This document shows positions 34,367-45,100 of a DNA stretch of 64,000 nucleotides, one piece after another. A program made the translations under genes and the position numbers. Under the pieces are notes generated by a model. It had not been told where the DNA came from and searched no databases. It was given only the letters and a program-made list of their open reading frames with translations. The stretch is from an uncultured Chloroflexia bacterium (GTDB lineage: Bacteria; Chloroflexota; Limnocylindria; Limnocylindrales; CSP1-4): the NCBI GenBank assembly GCA_963707215.1, contig CAVPPB010000003.1, forward strand, positions 1,184,001 through 1,248,000, read 5' to 3'. The stretch's first letter is position 1. Each line of letters starts with the position of its first letter.

Positions 34367-34946
34367 GCCCAGTCAAGTCTGGGCATGGCCGCATGGAACG
34401 GCGGGTTCTGGTCTGCCCATCGACGCGGCCCGGATCGGCCTGGCGCTCGCCCGGTACGTGCCCGCGACGCGCCAGGGAAGTCCCGGTCGACGCGCGGTGA
34501 AGCCCGTCGTGGTGACATCGCCGAGATGCCCTACCGCACCGTTGACGATCCCGACCTCGACGACCTGCTGATCCACTTCGGCGAGGCGGTGCGGCAAGCG
34601 CGCCTCGAGGCGGGCCTCAGCCAGGAATGGCTCGAGCGGCGCACCGGCGTCGACCAGACGGCGATCTCGCGGCTCGAGCGGGGACGGGCCGCGCGAATCC
34701 CACTCGCCCGTGTCCTGGTCCTCGCCGAGGCCCTGGGTGGGCTCCTGCCCATCGGCCAGTGCCCGCACGACCATCGATGCCGGTGGCGCGATGGCGGGGT
34801 GCGCCGGCGGGAGCTCGAGGCGACGGAGCGAGACAGGTGGGTCGCCTCGGTGCTCGAGGAGACCCAGCGCTGAGGCGGTGCCCGAAGTCGGTGACCACGG
34901 GCGACGACGGAGGTCAGTATGCAACGATGCCCAGACCCGACTGGGC
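34367..34946. repeat. Pair of 20-bp self-palindromic inverted repeats flanking the XRE gene
   Basis: GCCCAGTCAAGTCTGGGCAT (34367-34386) matches the reverse complement of 34927-34946 at 18/20 positions. Confidence 0.65.
34526..34873 (+). CDS. XRE-family helix-turn-helix protein
   Basis: FGEAVRQARLEAGLSQEWLERRTGVDQTAISRLERG; C-terminal CPHDHRC. Confidence 0.82.
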   Translation: MPYRTVDDPDLDDLLIHFGEAVRQARLEAGLSQEWLERRTGVDQTAISRLERGRAARIPLARVLVLAEALGGLLPIGQCPHDHRCRWRDGGVRRRELEATERDRWVASVLEETQR

Positions 34947-34968
34947 AGATGCAGGAGTCTCCCGCGCG

Positions 34969-36486
34969 CTACGCCCCTGGGGGCGTGGAGGGCGCCCAGG
35001 CGCCGGCCACCGGGTCTCCCGCGACCGAAGCCATCCCCATTCCCGATCCGATCCCGGACGCCGGCACGCCCGCGGATGGCGCTGCCCCCTCGAGTGGCGG
35101 CCATTCCGCGGCTCCAGCGATCGCCTCGATCGTCTCTGCTGCCGCCAGCACGAGCCCGTCCCGCCCCCGCAGGCCCTGGACCTGCAGCCCGATCGGCAGG
35201 CCGTCGTCGCCGAGGCCGATCGGCAGCGACGCCGCCGGGTAGCCGCAGAGGTTGGCGTCGTAGAGGAACGGCGCCCAGTCCATCCAGAGCGGCGAGACCT
35301 CCTCGCCCCCGATCGCCAGCGGATGGGTCGTCCCATGGGGGAACGCCTCGAGGCCGAGCGAGGGGGTCAACAGGAGCTCGGCCCCGGTCCGCGCGTACAT
35401 GGCAACGTAGTGGCGGTGGATGTGGTCGCGCTGCCACTGCTCCCGGATGTACTCCTCGGCGCTCACCCGGGCCCCGAAGTGCATGAAGTGGGCCGCCCGG
35501 TCCGTCATCAGCTCGAGCTGCGCGTCGTACTGGTGGGCCTCCGCGTAGCGGGCTTCCGAGGCGGCGATCGTGGCCCAGGCCCGGACCGACGATGGCAGTC
35601 CAGGGGCATCCTCGATGACCTCCACGCCGGCCGCCCGGAGTCGGGCGATGGCCTCGCGGAAGACCCGCCGGACGTCGTCGTCAAGGTGGGCGAAGCCGAG
35701 GTCCTCGGATGCCACGACCCGCAGGCCGGTCGACTCCGGCGCCCGCGCGTCCAGATCCGGGACCGTGATGCTGTAGCGATCGCGCCGGTCGGGTCCGGCG
35801 ACGACTCCGAGCATCAGCCGCGCGTCGGCCACCGTCCGGGCCATCGGCCCGATCGAGACGAGCGTCTTCCACGCGTCCGAGCAGGGCTCCCGGGGCACCG
35901 CCCCGAACGAGGGCTTGAAGCCGACGATCCCGCAGAACGCCGCGGGGATCCGGATCGATCCGCCCCCGTCCCCGCCCAGCGACAGAGGGCCCATGCCGGC
36001 GGCCACCGCCGCACCGGCCCCGCCCGAGGACCCGCCTGGGACCCGCGACGGGTCCCAGGGGTTCGAGGTCCGCCCGTGGACCGGCGATTCACAGATGCCC
36101 GTGTAGCAGAACTCCGGGACCGCGGTCTTGGCGAAGATCACGGCACCGGCCGCCTCCAGGCGCTCGAGGGCGACGGTCGTCTCGTGGGGCACGAAGCCCT
36201 GCATCGTCAGCGATCCGTAGGCGCTCTCCACGCCGGCCAGCCACTGGGAATCCTTGGCGGTGACCGGCACGCCGGTGAGTGGCCCACCCTCGCCCCGGGC
36301 CAGCACCTCGTCCGCCCGCCGGGCCGCCGCATACGCCCGCTCGTCGAGCCGGACGCTGAAGGGGTTCACCGCCGGACCGAGGGCGTCGGACCGCGCCAAG
36401 GCCGACTCGAGCGCCTCGACGGCCGAGACCTCCCGGCGCCGCAGGAGCGCGCCAAGCTCCTGCGCGGTCAGCTGCCAGAGCTCCAT
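34969..36486 (-). CDS. Amidase-signature family enzyme
   Basis: GVPVTAKD, NPWD..RVPGGSSGG, GDGGGSIRIPAAFCG; TACACT 8 nt before ATG. Confidence 0.92.
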   Translation of the reverse strand: MELWQLTAQELGALLRRREVSAVEALESALARSDALGPAVNPFSVRLDERAYAAARRADEVLARGEGGPLTGVPVTAKDSQWLAGVESAYGSLTMQGFVPHETTVALERLEAAGAVIFAKTAVPEFCYTGICESPVHGRTSNPWDPSRVPGGSSGGAGAAVAAGMGPLSLGGDGGGSIRIPAAFCGIVGFKPSFGAVPREPCSDAWKTLVSIGPMARTVADARLMLGVVAGPDRRDRYSITVPDLDARAPESTGLRVVASEDLGFAHLDDDVRRVFREAIARLRAAGVEVIEDAPGLPSSVRAWATIAASEARYAEAHQYDAQLELMTDRAAHFMHFGARVSAEEYIREQWQRDHIHRHYVAMYARTGAELLLTPSLGLEAFPHGTTHPLAIGGEEVSPLWMDWAPFLYDANLCGYPAASLPIGLGDDGLPIGLQVQGLRGRDGLVLAAAETIEAIAGAAEWPPLEGAAPSAGVPASGIGSGMGMASVAGDPVAGAWAPSTPPGA

Positions 36487-36590
36487 CGGAGGGGAGTGTA
36501 GATGGCCCAGAGGTCGTCCCGCGCGGCGCGCGATGGCCGCGCTACACTCGGGCGGTGGCGCAGCCAGTGCCACCATGCAGGTGGGAGCCG

Positions 36591-38507
36591 ATGGGCAAGG
36601 CCTACACCCGACTCACCCATCCGCTCGTTCGCGAAGGCGACCGACACACCGGGACCCTCCGGCGAGCGAGCTGGGACGAGGCCCTCGACCGGGCCGCCGC
36701 CGGCCTCGGGGCCGCGGTCGACCGGCACGGGCCCACGACGTTCGGGCTCTTCAGCTGCTCGAAGGCGACCAACGAGCTGAACTACGCCACGCAGAAGTTC
36801 GCTCGGGTCGCGATCGGCAGCAACAACATCGACAGCTGCAACCGCACCTGACACGCCCCTTCCGTCGCCGGTCTGGCGACCGTGTTCGGTGCTGGTGGGG
36901 GGACCAGCTCATACCGTGAGGTCGAGGAGACCGACCTGGTCGTCCTCTGGGGCAGCAACGCCCGCGAGACGCACCCGATCTTCTTCCACCACGTCCTGAA
37001 GGCGGTCCGGCGGGGCGCGATGCTCATCACGGTCGATCCCCGGCGGACGGCCTCGGCCGAGTGGGCCGACCTCTGGCTCGGCCTCGACGTCGGCTCGGAC
37101 ATCGCGCTCGCCAGTGCCGTGGGGCGGGAGATCATCGCCGCCGGGCTCGTCCACGAGGCGTTCGTCGAGCGAGCGACCGTCGGCTTCGAGGCCTACCGCG
37201 CCCACGTCGACCCCTGGACCCTGGAGCGCGCCGAACAGGCGACCGGGGTCCCCGCCGACGCCATCCGCGAGCTCGCCCACGCCTACGCAACGGCGCCGCG
37301 GGCGATGCTCTGCTGGACCCTCGGCATCACCGAGCACCACACCGGCGTCGACAACGTCCTGTCGCTGATCGACCTCGCCCTGCTGACCGGTCACGTCGGC
37401 CGCTACGGCTCGGGGCTCAATCCGCTCCGCGGCCAGAACAACGTCCAGGGCGGCGGTGACATGGGCGCCCTGCCCGACCGCCTGCCGGGCTTCCAGCACG
37501 TCGAAGAGGACGACCTGCGGGCGAAGTTCGACGCGGCCTGGGGGGTCGCCGTCCCGCCGGCCCGCGGCTGGCACCTGACCGGGATGTTCGACGCGATGGA
37601 GCGCGGCGACCTGACCGCCCTCTACGTCGTCGGCGAGAACCCGCTCCAGTCGGAGGCGGACCGCCACCGCACGGAGCGGCTCCTCCGGGGTCTCGACACG
37701 CTCATCGTCCAGGACATCGTCCTGACGAAGACGGCCGAGATCGCGGACGTCGTCCTGCCATCCGCAGCCGGCTGGGCCGAGACCGACGGGACGGTCACCA
37801 ACTCAGAGCGCCGGGTCCAGCGGGTCCGCAAGGCCATGGATCCGCCCGGCGAGGCCCGCGACGACCTCTGGATCGTCTACGAGCTGGCCCGCCGGCTCGG
37901 GTACGACCTCGGGGAGCCCGTCGCGGAGCGGATCTGGGACGAGCTCCGCACGCTCTCGCCGATGCACGCCGGGATGAGCTATGCCCGCCTGGAGGCCCTC
38001 TCTGGCATCCAGTGGCCCTGCTGGGACGACGAGCATCCCGGCGAGCTGTTCCTCCACGCCCGGCTGTGGGAGGACCCGATCGTCGGCTCACCCGCCCCGT
38101 TCACCTGCGTCGACCACGCCCCACCGGTCGACGCCCTCGACGACGCGTTCCCGGTGCGCCTCACCACGGGTCGGCGCCTGGACAGCTACAACACGGGCGT
38201 CCAGACGGCCGGCTACCGTTCGCCCCTCCGCCGCGGCGAGACCCTCGACGTCAGCCCGGAAGACGCCGAGGAGCTGGACCTTGTGGAGGGCGAGGTCGTC
38301 CGGGTCACATCGCGCCGCGGAGCGGTCGAGGTCCCGGTCCGCATCGACCCGTCGCTGCGACCCGGCCTCACGTTCATGACCCTCCACTTCCAGGACGACG
38401 TGGCGACGAACCTGCTGACGATCGACGCCACGGATCCGAAGTCCGGGACCGCCGAGTTCAAGGCGACGGCCGTCCGGATCGAGAAGCTCCCGGCCGTGGT
38501 CGGCTGA
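36591..38507 (+). CDS. Selenocysteine-containing formate dehydrogenase catalytic (Mo/W-bisPGD) subunit, FDH-1; Sec at codon 87; no N-terminal 4Fe-4S motif
   Basis: ORFs 36555-36851 and 36882-38507 share a frame, joined by TGA 36849 in NNIDSCNRT-U-HAPSVAGL; [18 protein letters not shown]; SECIS follows. Alternative GTG start at 36555. Confidence 0.93.
36849..36884 (+). promoter_or_regulatory. UGA-Sec codon and bacterial SECIS element
   Basis: TGA + 12 nt + GTCGCC-GGTCT-GGCGAC hairpin (36864-36880), resembling the E. coli fdhF SECIS apical loop. Confidence 0.88.
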
Positions 38508-38534
38508 GCCCGCCAGGGTCGCGGCCACCTCGGG

Positions 38535-39110
38535 CTAGCTCGTCGCGGTGCCCCGCTCGCCCTGCACCCCGCGGAGCGCCTCGATCATCCCGAGGTGTCG
38601 GGCGGCGTGCTGGAGCTGGCCGCTGATCGTCGTGGCGAACACCTCCTCCCGCCCCTGCAGCCCCACCACGGTCCGGCCCACCATCTCGTCGTCGACCGCG
38701 TCGAGGACCTCCTCCGCGGCCGCGAACGCCGACACGGCATAGCCCCGGATCGCCGCGCGATCCGGGAGCGCGATCCGCCCCGCATCGTCGTCCGCGAGAC
38801 CCATCGCGTTCTGCTCCTCACCGAGGGCCGTCGGATCGAGGCCCCAGCTGGTCGCGACCTCGTCGGCCACCCAGCGCTCATGGCGGGTGCCCAGCCGCCT
38901 CTCGAGCTCGGGCAGCAGGGTCGGGACGCGTGCGCCGAAGCGATCGGCCAGCCGCGCCGCATGCCAGACGTGGAAGGCGACCGACGGGGCGGTCGGGGCG
39001 AGGCGCTCGAAGAGATGCGCCTCCTCCGTCGAGTCGAGGACCTTGAGCAGCCGCTCGTACGTCCGGTGCACCTGGTCGGCCAGACCGGCCGCGACCTCTC
39101 GACCTGCCAT
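38535..39110 (-). CDS. DinB/YfiT-like four-helix-bundle protein
   Basis: SVAFHVWHAAR and LQHAARHLGMI His pattern; SD GAAGGAG. Confidence 0.82.
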   Translation of the reverse strand: MAGREVAAGLADQVHRTYERLLKVLDSTEEAHLFERLAPTAPSVAFHVWHAARLADRFGARVPTLLPELERRLGTRHERWVADEVATSWGLDPTALGEEQNAMGLADDDAGRIALPDRAAIRGYAVSAFAAAEEVLDAVDDEMVGRTVVGLQGREEVFATTISGQLQHAARHLGMIEALRGVQGERGTATS

Positions 39111-39205
39111 GTTCGTACTCCTTCCATCGCCGTCCTGGGACACCGATTCTGGCACGACGAGGATGCTCTGCCCGGGCCCACACCCCATCTGGCTACACTG
39201 CCGCG

Positions 39206-41131
39206 ATGGACCTCCACGTCATCGGGCCCCGCGCCACGCCGGCGGAACGGGAGACGATCGACGGCTTCCTCGACCCGCGCATCGGGCCCGCTCGGGGAGG
39301 CTGGGATGGCGGGCCGCGCGACGTGGCTGCCGATGGCCGGGTCGCCCGTGGCGGCCACGCCGCCCGATCGCACCGGCACCTCCTCCTGCCGACGCTCGAA
39401 GCGGTCCAGGCCCGGATCGGCTGGATCAGCCAGGGGGCGCTCAGCCACGTCTGCCGGCGCCTGACCGTCCCACCAGCCGAGGCGTACGGCGTCGCGACGT
39501 TCTACGCCCTGCTCGCGACGACCCCGACCCCGCCGGTCGTCGCCCACGTCTGCGACGACATCTCGTGCCGCCTGGCCGGCTCCGAGCGGTTCTGCTCCGA
39601 GCTGGAGACCGCCCTCGGCCCGGCCAGCGAGCCTGCCCTCGACGGCCGGGTCACCTGGGTGCGCGCTCCCTGCCTGGGGCGCTGCGAGCGCGGTCCGGTG
39701 GCCCTGTTCACCGTCGCAGGGGAGGCGCCCGAGACGATCGCCACGGCGCCGGCCCACGCCGGCGAGGTCGTCGAGCACCTCGAGCGGGCCGCAGCCGGCG
39801 GCACCCTCCTGCCCCCGGCGCACCCGATCGTCCCCGACGCGACCCACCTGGCCCACGTCCGCCGTTCCATCCCCCAGGCCGGATCGCCCGGCTTGCGGGT
39901 GCTCCGCCGGGCCGGGGTCACCGATCCGACGAAGCTGGACGACTACCTCGCGACCGGCGGCTACCGCGGCCTGAGACGGGCGCTGGAGATCGGCCCGGCA
40001 GCGGTCATCGACGAGATCACCGCCTCCGGCCTGCTGGGCCGGGGCGGAGCCGCCTTCCCGACCGGCCGCAAGTGGGCCGCGGTGGCGGCCCAGCCGGCCC
40101 GCCCGCACTACACGGTCTGCAATGCCGACGAATCGGAGCCGGGCACGTTCAAGGACCGCGTGCTCATGGAGGAGGATCCGTTCGCCATCGTCGAGGCGAT
40201 GACGATCGAGGGCATCGCCACCGGCAGCGAGCTGGGCTTCCTCTACCTGCGCGCCGAGTACCCGCTCTCGGCCGCCCGGATGTCGAATGCCCTCGAGGTC
40301 GCCCGATCGGCGGGCTATCTCGGTGAGGACATCCTGGGCTCCGGGTCCTCCTTCGATATCGAGCTCCGCCGTGGCGCCGGCGCCTACATCTGCGGCGAGG
40401 AGACCGCCCTCCTCGAGTCGCTCGAGGGGCGCCGCGGGGAGCCCCGCAACAAGCCGCCGTTCCCGGTCGAGGTCGGTCTGTTCGGCAAGCCGACTGCCAT
40501 CAACAACATCGAGACGCTGGTCAACGTGCCGGCGATCGTGGCCGAGGGCGGGGCGGCCTTCGCCGCCATCGGCACGTCGGGGAGCACCGGCCCGAAGCTC
40601 TTCTGCCTCTCCGGAGCGGTCGAGCGCCCGGGCGTCTACGAGGTCGAGTTCGGGGCCACCCTGGGCGAGCTGCTGGACCTGGCCGGCGGAGTGGCCGGGG
40701 GGCGGTCCCTCCAGGCCATCCTGCTCGGTGGCTCCGCCGGCACGTTCGTGGGACCGGACGCCCTGGACCTGCCGCTCACGTTCGAGGCGACCCGGACCGC
40801 CGGCGCGACCCTGGGCTCCGGCGTCGTCATGGTCTTCGACGAGACCGCCGACCTGGCCGATGCCCTGCTCCGGATCGCGGCCTTCTTCCGGGACGAGTCG
40901 TGTGGCCAGTGCGTGCCCTGCCGGATCGGCACGGTCCGCCAGGAGGAGCTCGTCGCGCGACTGGCCGGCGGTCGGCCGAACGGGTCGATCGGGGACGAGC
41001 TGGCCCTCCTGGCCGACCTTGGGCAGGGCATGCGGGACGCCAGCATCTGCGGCCTGGGCCAGGCGGCCACGATGGCGGTCGAATCGGCCGTCCGGGCCGG
41101 GCTGGTGTCGTTCGATGGGACGGGCCGATGA
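39206..41131 (+). CDS. NuoE-NuoF fusion (FMN/NAD-binding diaphorase subunit of FDH-1)
   Basis: GVATFY, CDDISC, CLGRC; GRGGAAFPTG, NADESEPGTFKDR, GAGAYICGEET, ESCGQCVPCRIG, SICGLG. Confidence 0.92.
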   Translation: MDLHVIGPRATPAERETIDGFLDPRIGPARGGWDGGPRDVAADGRVARGGHAARSHRHLLLPTLEAVQARIGWISQGALSHVCRRLTVPPAEAYGVATFYALLATTPTPPVVAHVCDDISCRLAGSERFCSELETALGPASEPALDGRVTWVRAPCLGRCERGPVALFTVAGEAPETIATAPAHAGEVVEHLERAAAGGTLLPPAHPIVPDATHLAHVRRSIPQAGSPGLRVLRRAGVTDPTKLDDYLATGGYRGLRRALEIGPAAVIDEITASGLLGRGGAAFPTGRKWAAVAAQPARPHYTVCNADESEPGTFKDRVLMEEDPFAIVEAMTIEGIATGSELGFLYLRAEYPLSAARMSNALEVARSAGYLGEDILGSGSSFDIELRRGAGAYICGEETALLESLEGRRGEPRNKPPFPVEVGLFGKPTAINNIETLVNVPAIVAEGGAAFAAIGTSGSTGPKLFCLSGAVERPGVYEVEFGATLGELLDLAGGVAGGRSLQAILLGGSAGTFVGPDALDLPLTFEATRTAGATLGSGVVMVFDETADLADALLRIAAFFRDESCGQCVPCRIGTVRQEELVARLAGGRPNGSIGDELALLADLGQGMRDASICGLGQAATMAVESAVRAGLVSFDGTGR

Positions 41132-42127
41132 GCGCCGAGATCGAGCGGATCCCCTTCGTGCCCCCGGCCCGGCCGTCGGGGGTGCCGAGCGCCCCGGAGA
41201 TCCCGGCCCCGCCGGCGGTCGAGCTCTCCCTCGACGGGCGGCCGGTCAGCGTCCCTGCCGGATCGACGATCCTCGACGCCTGCCGGTCCGAGGGGATCGA
41301 CGTCCCGACCCTCTGCTTCCTGGAGACCCTCACGCCGGTCAACGCGTGCCGGGTCTGCGTCGTCGAGGTGGCGGGCAGCCGGGTCCTCGCCCCGGCCTGC
41401 TCGCGGCGGGTCGAGCCGGGCATGGAGGTGCTCAGCCGGGTCGGAGCGGGTCCGCCACAGCCGCCGCCTCGTGCTCGAGCTCCTCGGCTCGTCGGTCGAC
41501 CTCTCGACGGCCCCCGGGCGTGGCCGAGATGATGGCCGAGTACGGTGCCGACCCCGCCCGCTTCGGGCCGCCGGGCTCGACCGCCGGAGCCGGCGAGCGC
41601 GATGGCCGACCGACCGGCCATCACCACCTCCCGGACGGCGCGACGGCCGAGACGGTCGGCCCAGCCGGTCAAGGTCGACAACGACCTCTACGTCCGCGAC
41701 TACGCCAAGTGCATCCTCTGCTACAAGTGCGTCGAGGCCTGCGGGGACGACGCCCAGAACACCTTCGCCATCGCGGTCGCCGGACGCGGCTTCGACGCGC
41801 GCATCTCGACCGAGCACGACGTGCCGCTGCCGTCCTCGGCCTGCGTCTACTGCGGCAACTGCATCGGGGTCTGCCCGACCGGGGCGCTGATGTTCCGCTC
41901 CGAGCACGAGATGCGCGCTGCCGGCACCTGGGACGAGGCCGCCCAGACGCGGACCGACACGATCTGCCCGTACTGCGGCGTCGGCTGCACGCTGACCCTC
42001 CACGTCCAGGACGAGCGGATCGTCAAGGTCACCTCGCCCACGGACTCGTCGGTGACCGAGGGGCACCTCTGCATCAAGGGCCGCTTCGGGTTCGGTCTTC
42101 GTCCAGGAGCGCCCGGCCGGCGAGTAG
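41128..42127 (+). CDS. Fe-S subunit of FDH-1 (2Fe-2S + 2x4Fe-4S + molybdopterin-oxidoreductase 4Fe-4S domain); frameshifted, end approximate
   Basis: PTLC..NACRVCVVE..APAC; KCILCYKCVEAC; CVYCGNCIGVCP; [18 protein letters not shown], over several frames. Confidence 0.85.
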
Positions 42128-42141
42128 CTCTCGGCGTTCCG

Positions 42142-45100
42142 CTAGCTCGGGGCTGCTCCAGGTCGCAGCGCAGGCAGCGGCTTGCCTCCTCCCGGGCGTC
42201 CTCGATCGAGTACCCGTGGTCGGCGGTGGCGCCGCCGGCCTTCCGCGAGGGGCGGAAGCGCTGGCCCGTCTCGACGGGAAGCGGTGGCAGCTCGCTGAGG
42301 ATCTCCGCCGGCGCGAGGTGCTCGTCGATGTCGCCCCTGCCGCCGAGGAAGATGTCGATCGCGCGGGCCATCTCCCGCCCATGGGCGATCGCCTCCACCG
42401 CCGACGCAGGGCCGAAGGCTTCCTCGCGCCCCCCGAAGACACCCTCGACCACGGTCATCGGCTCGACCGGGTCGTCGGGCCCGCGAGCCGGGACCTCGGG
42501 GACATAGCTGGTGCGGGCGGTCGCCGAGATGAAGATCGCGTCGTAGCCCTGTTCCCGCAACTCGGCGATCGAGTGGACCGGGGAATGGGTCCGGATCGTC
42601 ACGCCCGCGTCCCGGATGATCCCCAGGTCACGATCCAGCGCCTCGGTCATCGGGCTGGCCTTGCGGACCCGGGCCTCCCCGGTCGCATCGGGTGGGTGAT
42701 AGCGGAGCATGCCGCCGGGCTCGGCGAGGGCTTCGAACATGGTGACGTCGTGGCGGCCGAGTCGGGCCAGGTAGTAGGCGGCCGTCAGCCCGTCCGGCCC
42801 GGAGCCGATGCACGGCGACGGACTTGCCCGAGAGCGGGCCGCGCTGGCGACGGGGATCCGCACCTCGGCCTGGCCGCCGAAGCGGACCGCGGCGTCCTTG
42901 AGGGCGCGGATGGCGACCCGCTCGTCGAGGTCGCCGCGCCGGCACGACACGCTCGCAGGGGTGGAAGCAGACCACACCGCAGACCGACGGCAGCGGCAGC
43001 TTCTCGCGGACGACCAGGTAGGCATCCTCGAAGTCGCCCTGGCTCGACGAGCCGGACGTAGCGGTGGGCCTCGACGCCCGCCGGGCAGAGGTGGGTGCAG
43101 GGGGCGACCACGAGCGCCCGGGCACGTGCCGGCCCGGCAGTGCTTGCTGCTCGATGTGCTCCACGTACTCCGTCGCGGAAGTACCGGAGCGTCGTCAGGA
43201 CCGGGTTCGGGGCCGTCTGCCCGAGGCCGCACAGGGAGGTGCGCGTGACGGTCCGCCCCAGGCGCTCCAGCAGCGGCAGGTCCTCCGGGCGACCCGTCGC
43301 CGCGGCAGATCCGCTCGAGGATCTCCAGCATGCGCGCGGTCCCCTCTCGACAGGGCGTGCACTGGCCGCAGGATTCGTCTCTGGGTGAAGGTCAGGAAGT
43401 AGCGGGCCAGATCCACCATGCAGGTGCCCTCGTCCATGATGACGAGGCCGCCGGAGCCCATGATCGACCCGGCCTCGCTTGCAGGCTGCTCGTAGTCGAT
43501 CGGCAGGTCGAGGAGCTGGATCGGGAGGCAGCCACCCGAGGGACCGCCGGTCTGGGCCGCCTTGAACTGGCCGCCGCCGGCGATGCCGCCGCCGATCGTC
43601 GCGCGACGACCTCGCCGAGGGTGATCCCCATCGGGACCTCGATGAGGCCCGGTCGGTTGACCTTGCCCGGTCAGGGCGAAGGTCTTCGTGCCCTTGCTCG
43701 TCGGCGGTGCCGAAGCCGGCGAACCAGTCGGCGCCCTCGCGGAGGATGCTCGCACACGTTGGCCAGCGTCTCGACGTTGTTGATGTTCGACGGCTGGCCG
43801 AAGAGGCCCTTCACCGCCGGGAACGGCGGGCGTGGGCGGGGCATGCCGCGACGGCCCTCGATGCTGGCGATCAGGGCCGTCTCCTCGCCGCAGACGAAGG
43901 CCCCGGCCCCGTGCTTGATCTCGATGTCGAAGGAGAACCCACTGCCCAGGATGTCGGGCCCCAGCAGTCCCAGCTCGCGCATCTGGTCGAGCGCGACCTC
44001 CAGGCTGGAGACGGCGAGCGGGTACTCGGCGCGGACGTAGACGTAGCCGTGGCGGGCGCCGATCGCGTAGGCCGCGATGGCACATGCCCTCGAGCACCGC
44101 GTGGGGGTCGCCTTCGAGCACCGAGCGGTCCATGAACGCCCCCGGATCGCCCTCGTCCGCGTTGCAGATGACGTACTTGGGCGTCGCCGGCGAGGCGCGG
44201 CAGAACTCCCACTTCGCAGCCGGTCGGGAAGCCGGCGCCCGCCGCGGCCGCGCAGCCCCGACGCCTTGACCTCCGCGATCACCTCCTCGGGCGTCATCGT
44301 CAGGGCCCGGCGCAGGCCGGCGTAGCCGTCGCGGGCGAGATACTGGTCGACGTCCGTCGGGTCGATCACGCCGCAGTTGCGCAGCGCGATGCGGACCTGG
44401 GAGCGCATGACCGGGAGATCGGCGAGATCGCGGGATGCCCTCGATCCCCCCGCCGCCGACGCTGCCCAGCGCATGCGCCGCTGCGGGCTCGCCGCGCAGG
44501 AGGTGGGCCTCGAGGATGTCACCCACGCTGTTCGGGTCCACGCTGCCGTAGAGGACGCGAGGCCCCCCGGGCGCCTCGATCTCGACGAGCGGCTCCGCGA
44601 AGCACATGCCGAGGCAGCCGACGGGGATCACCTCGGCGGTGACGTGAAGCCGGGCCAGCTCAGCTCGGATCGCGTCGAAGACCTCGCCGGCGCCGGCAGC
44701 GCGGCCACAGGTAGCCAGACCCACGGCGATGACCGCTCGATCACCTCCGTGGAGCGAGTCCCACCGCTCGCGGGCGGCGGCGATCCGCCGATCGAGCTCA
44801 CGCAGGCTCGACAGGCCCGAGCCCGGCATCGGACGGAGATCGGCGAGCCGCGGTGCGACAGGGCCACCGGCCGAGGTGGGCAGCGTCCCGCCCTTGGCTG
44901 CCTCGACGAGCGCCTTCGTCTTGGCCGCCGTCTGACGGCCGTGGACGCTCCCGTCGAGGACGACGACCGGTGCCAGCGCACACGAGCCGAAGCAGGCCAC
45001 CGTCTCCAGGGTGTAGGCCAGGTCCGGCGTCGTGCCGCCTGCCTTGATGCCGAGATGGTCCTCGAGCTCGCGGAGCTGCGACCCGCTGCCGCGGACGTGG

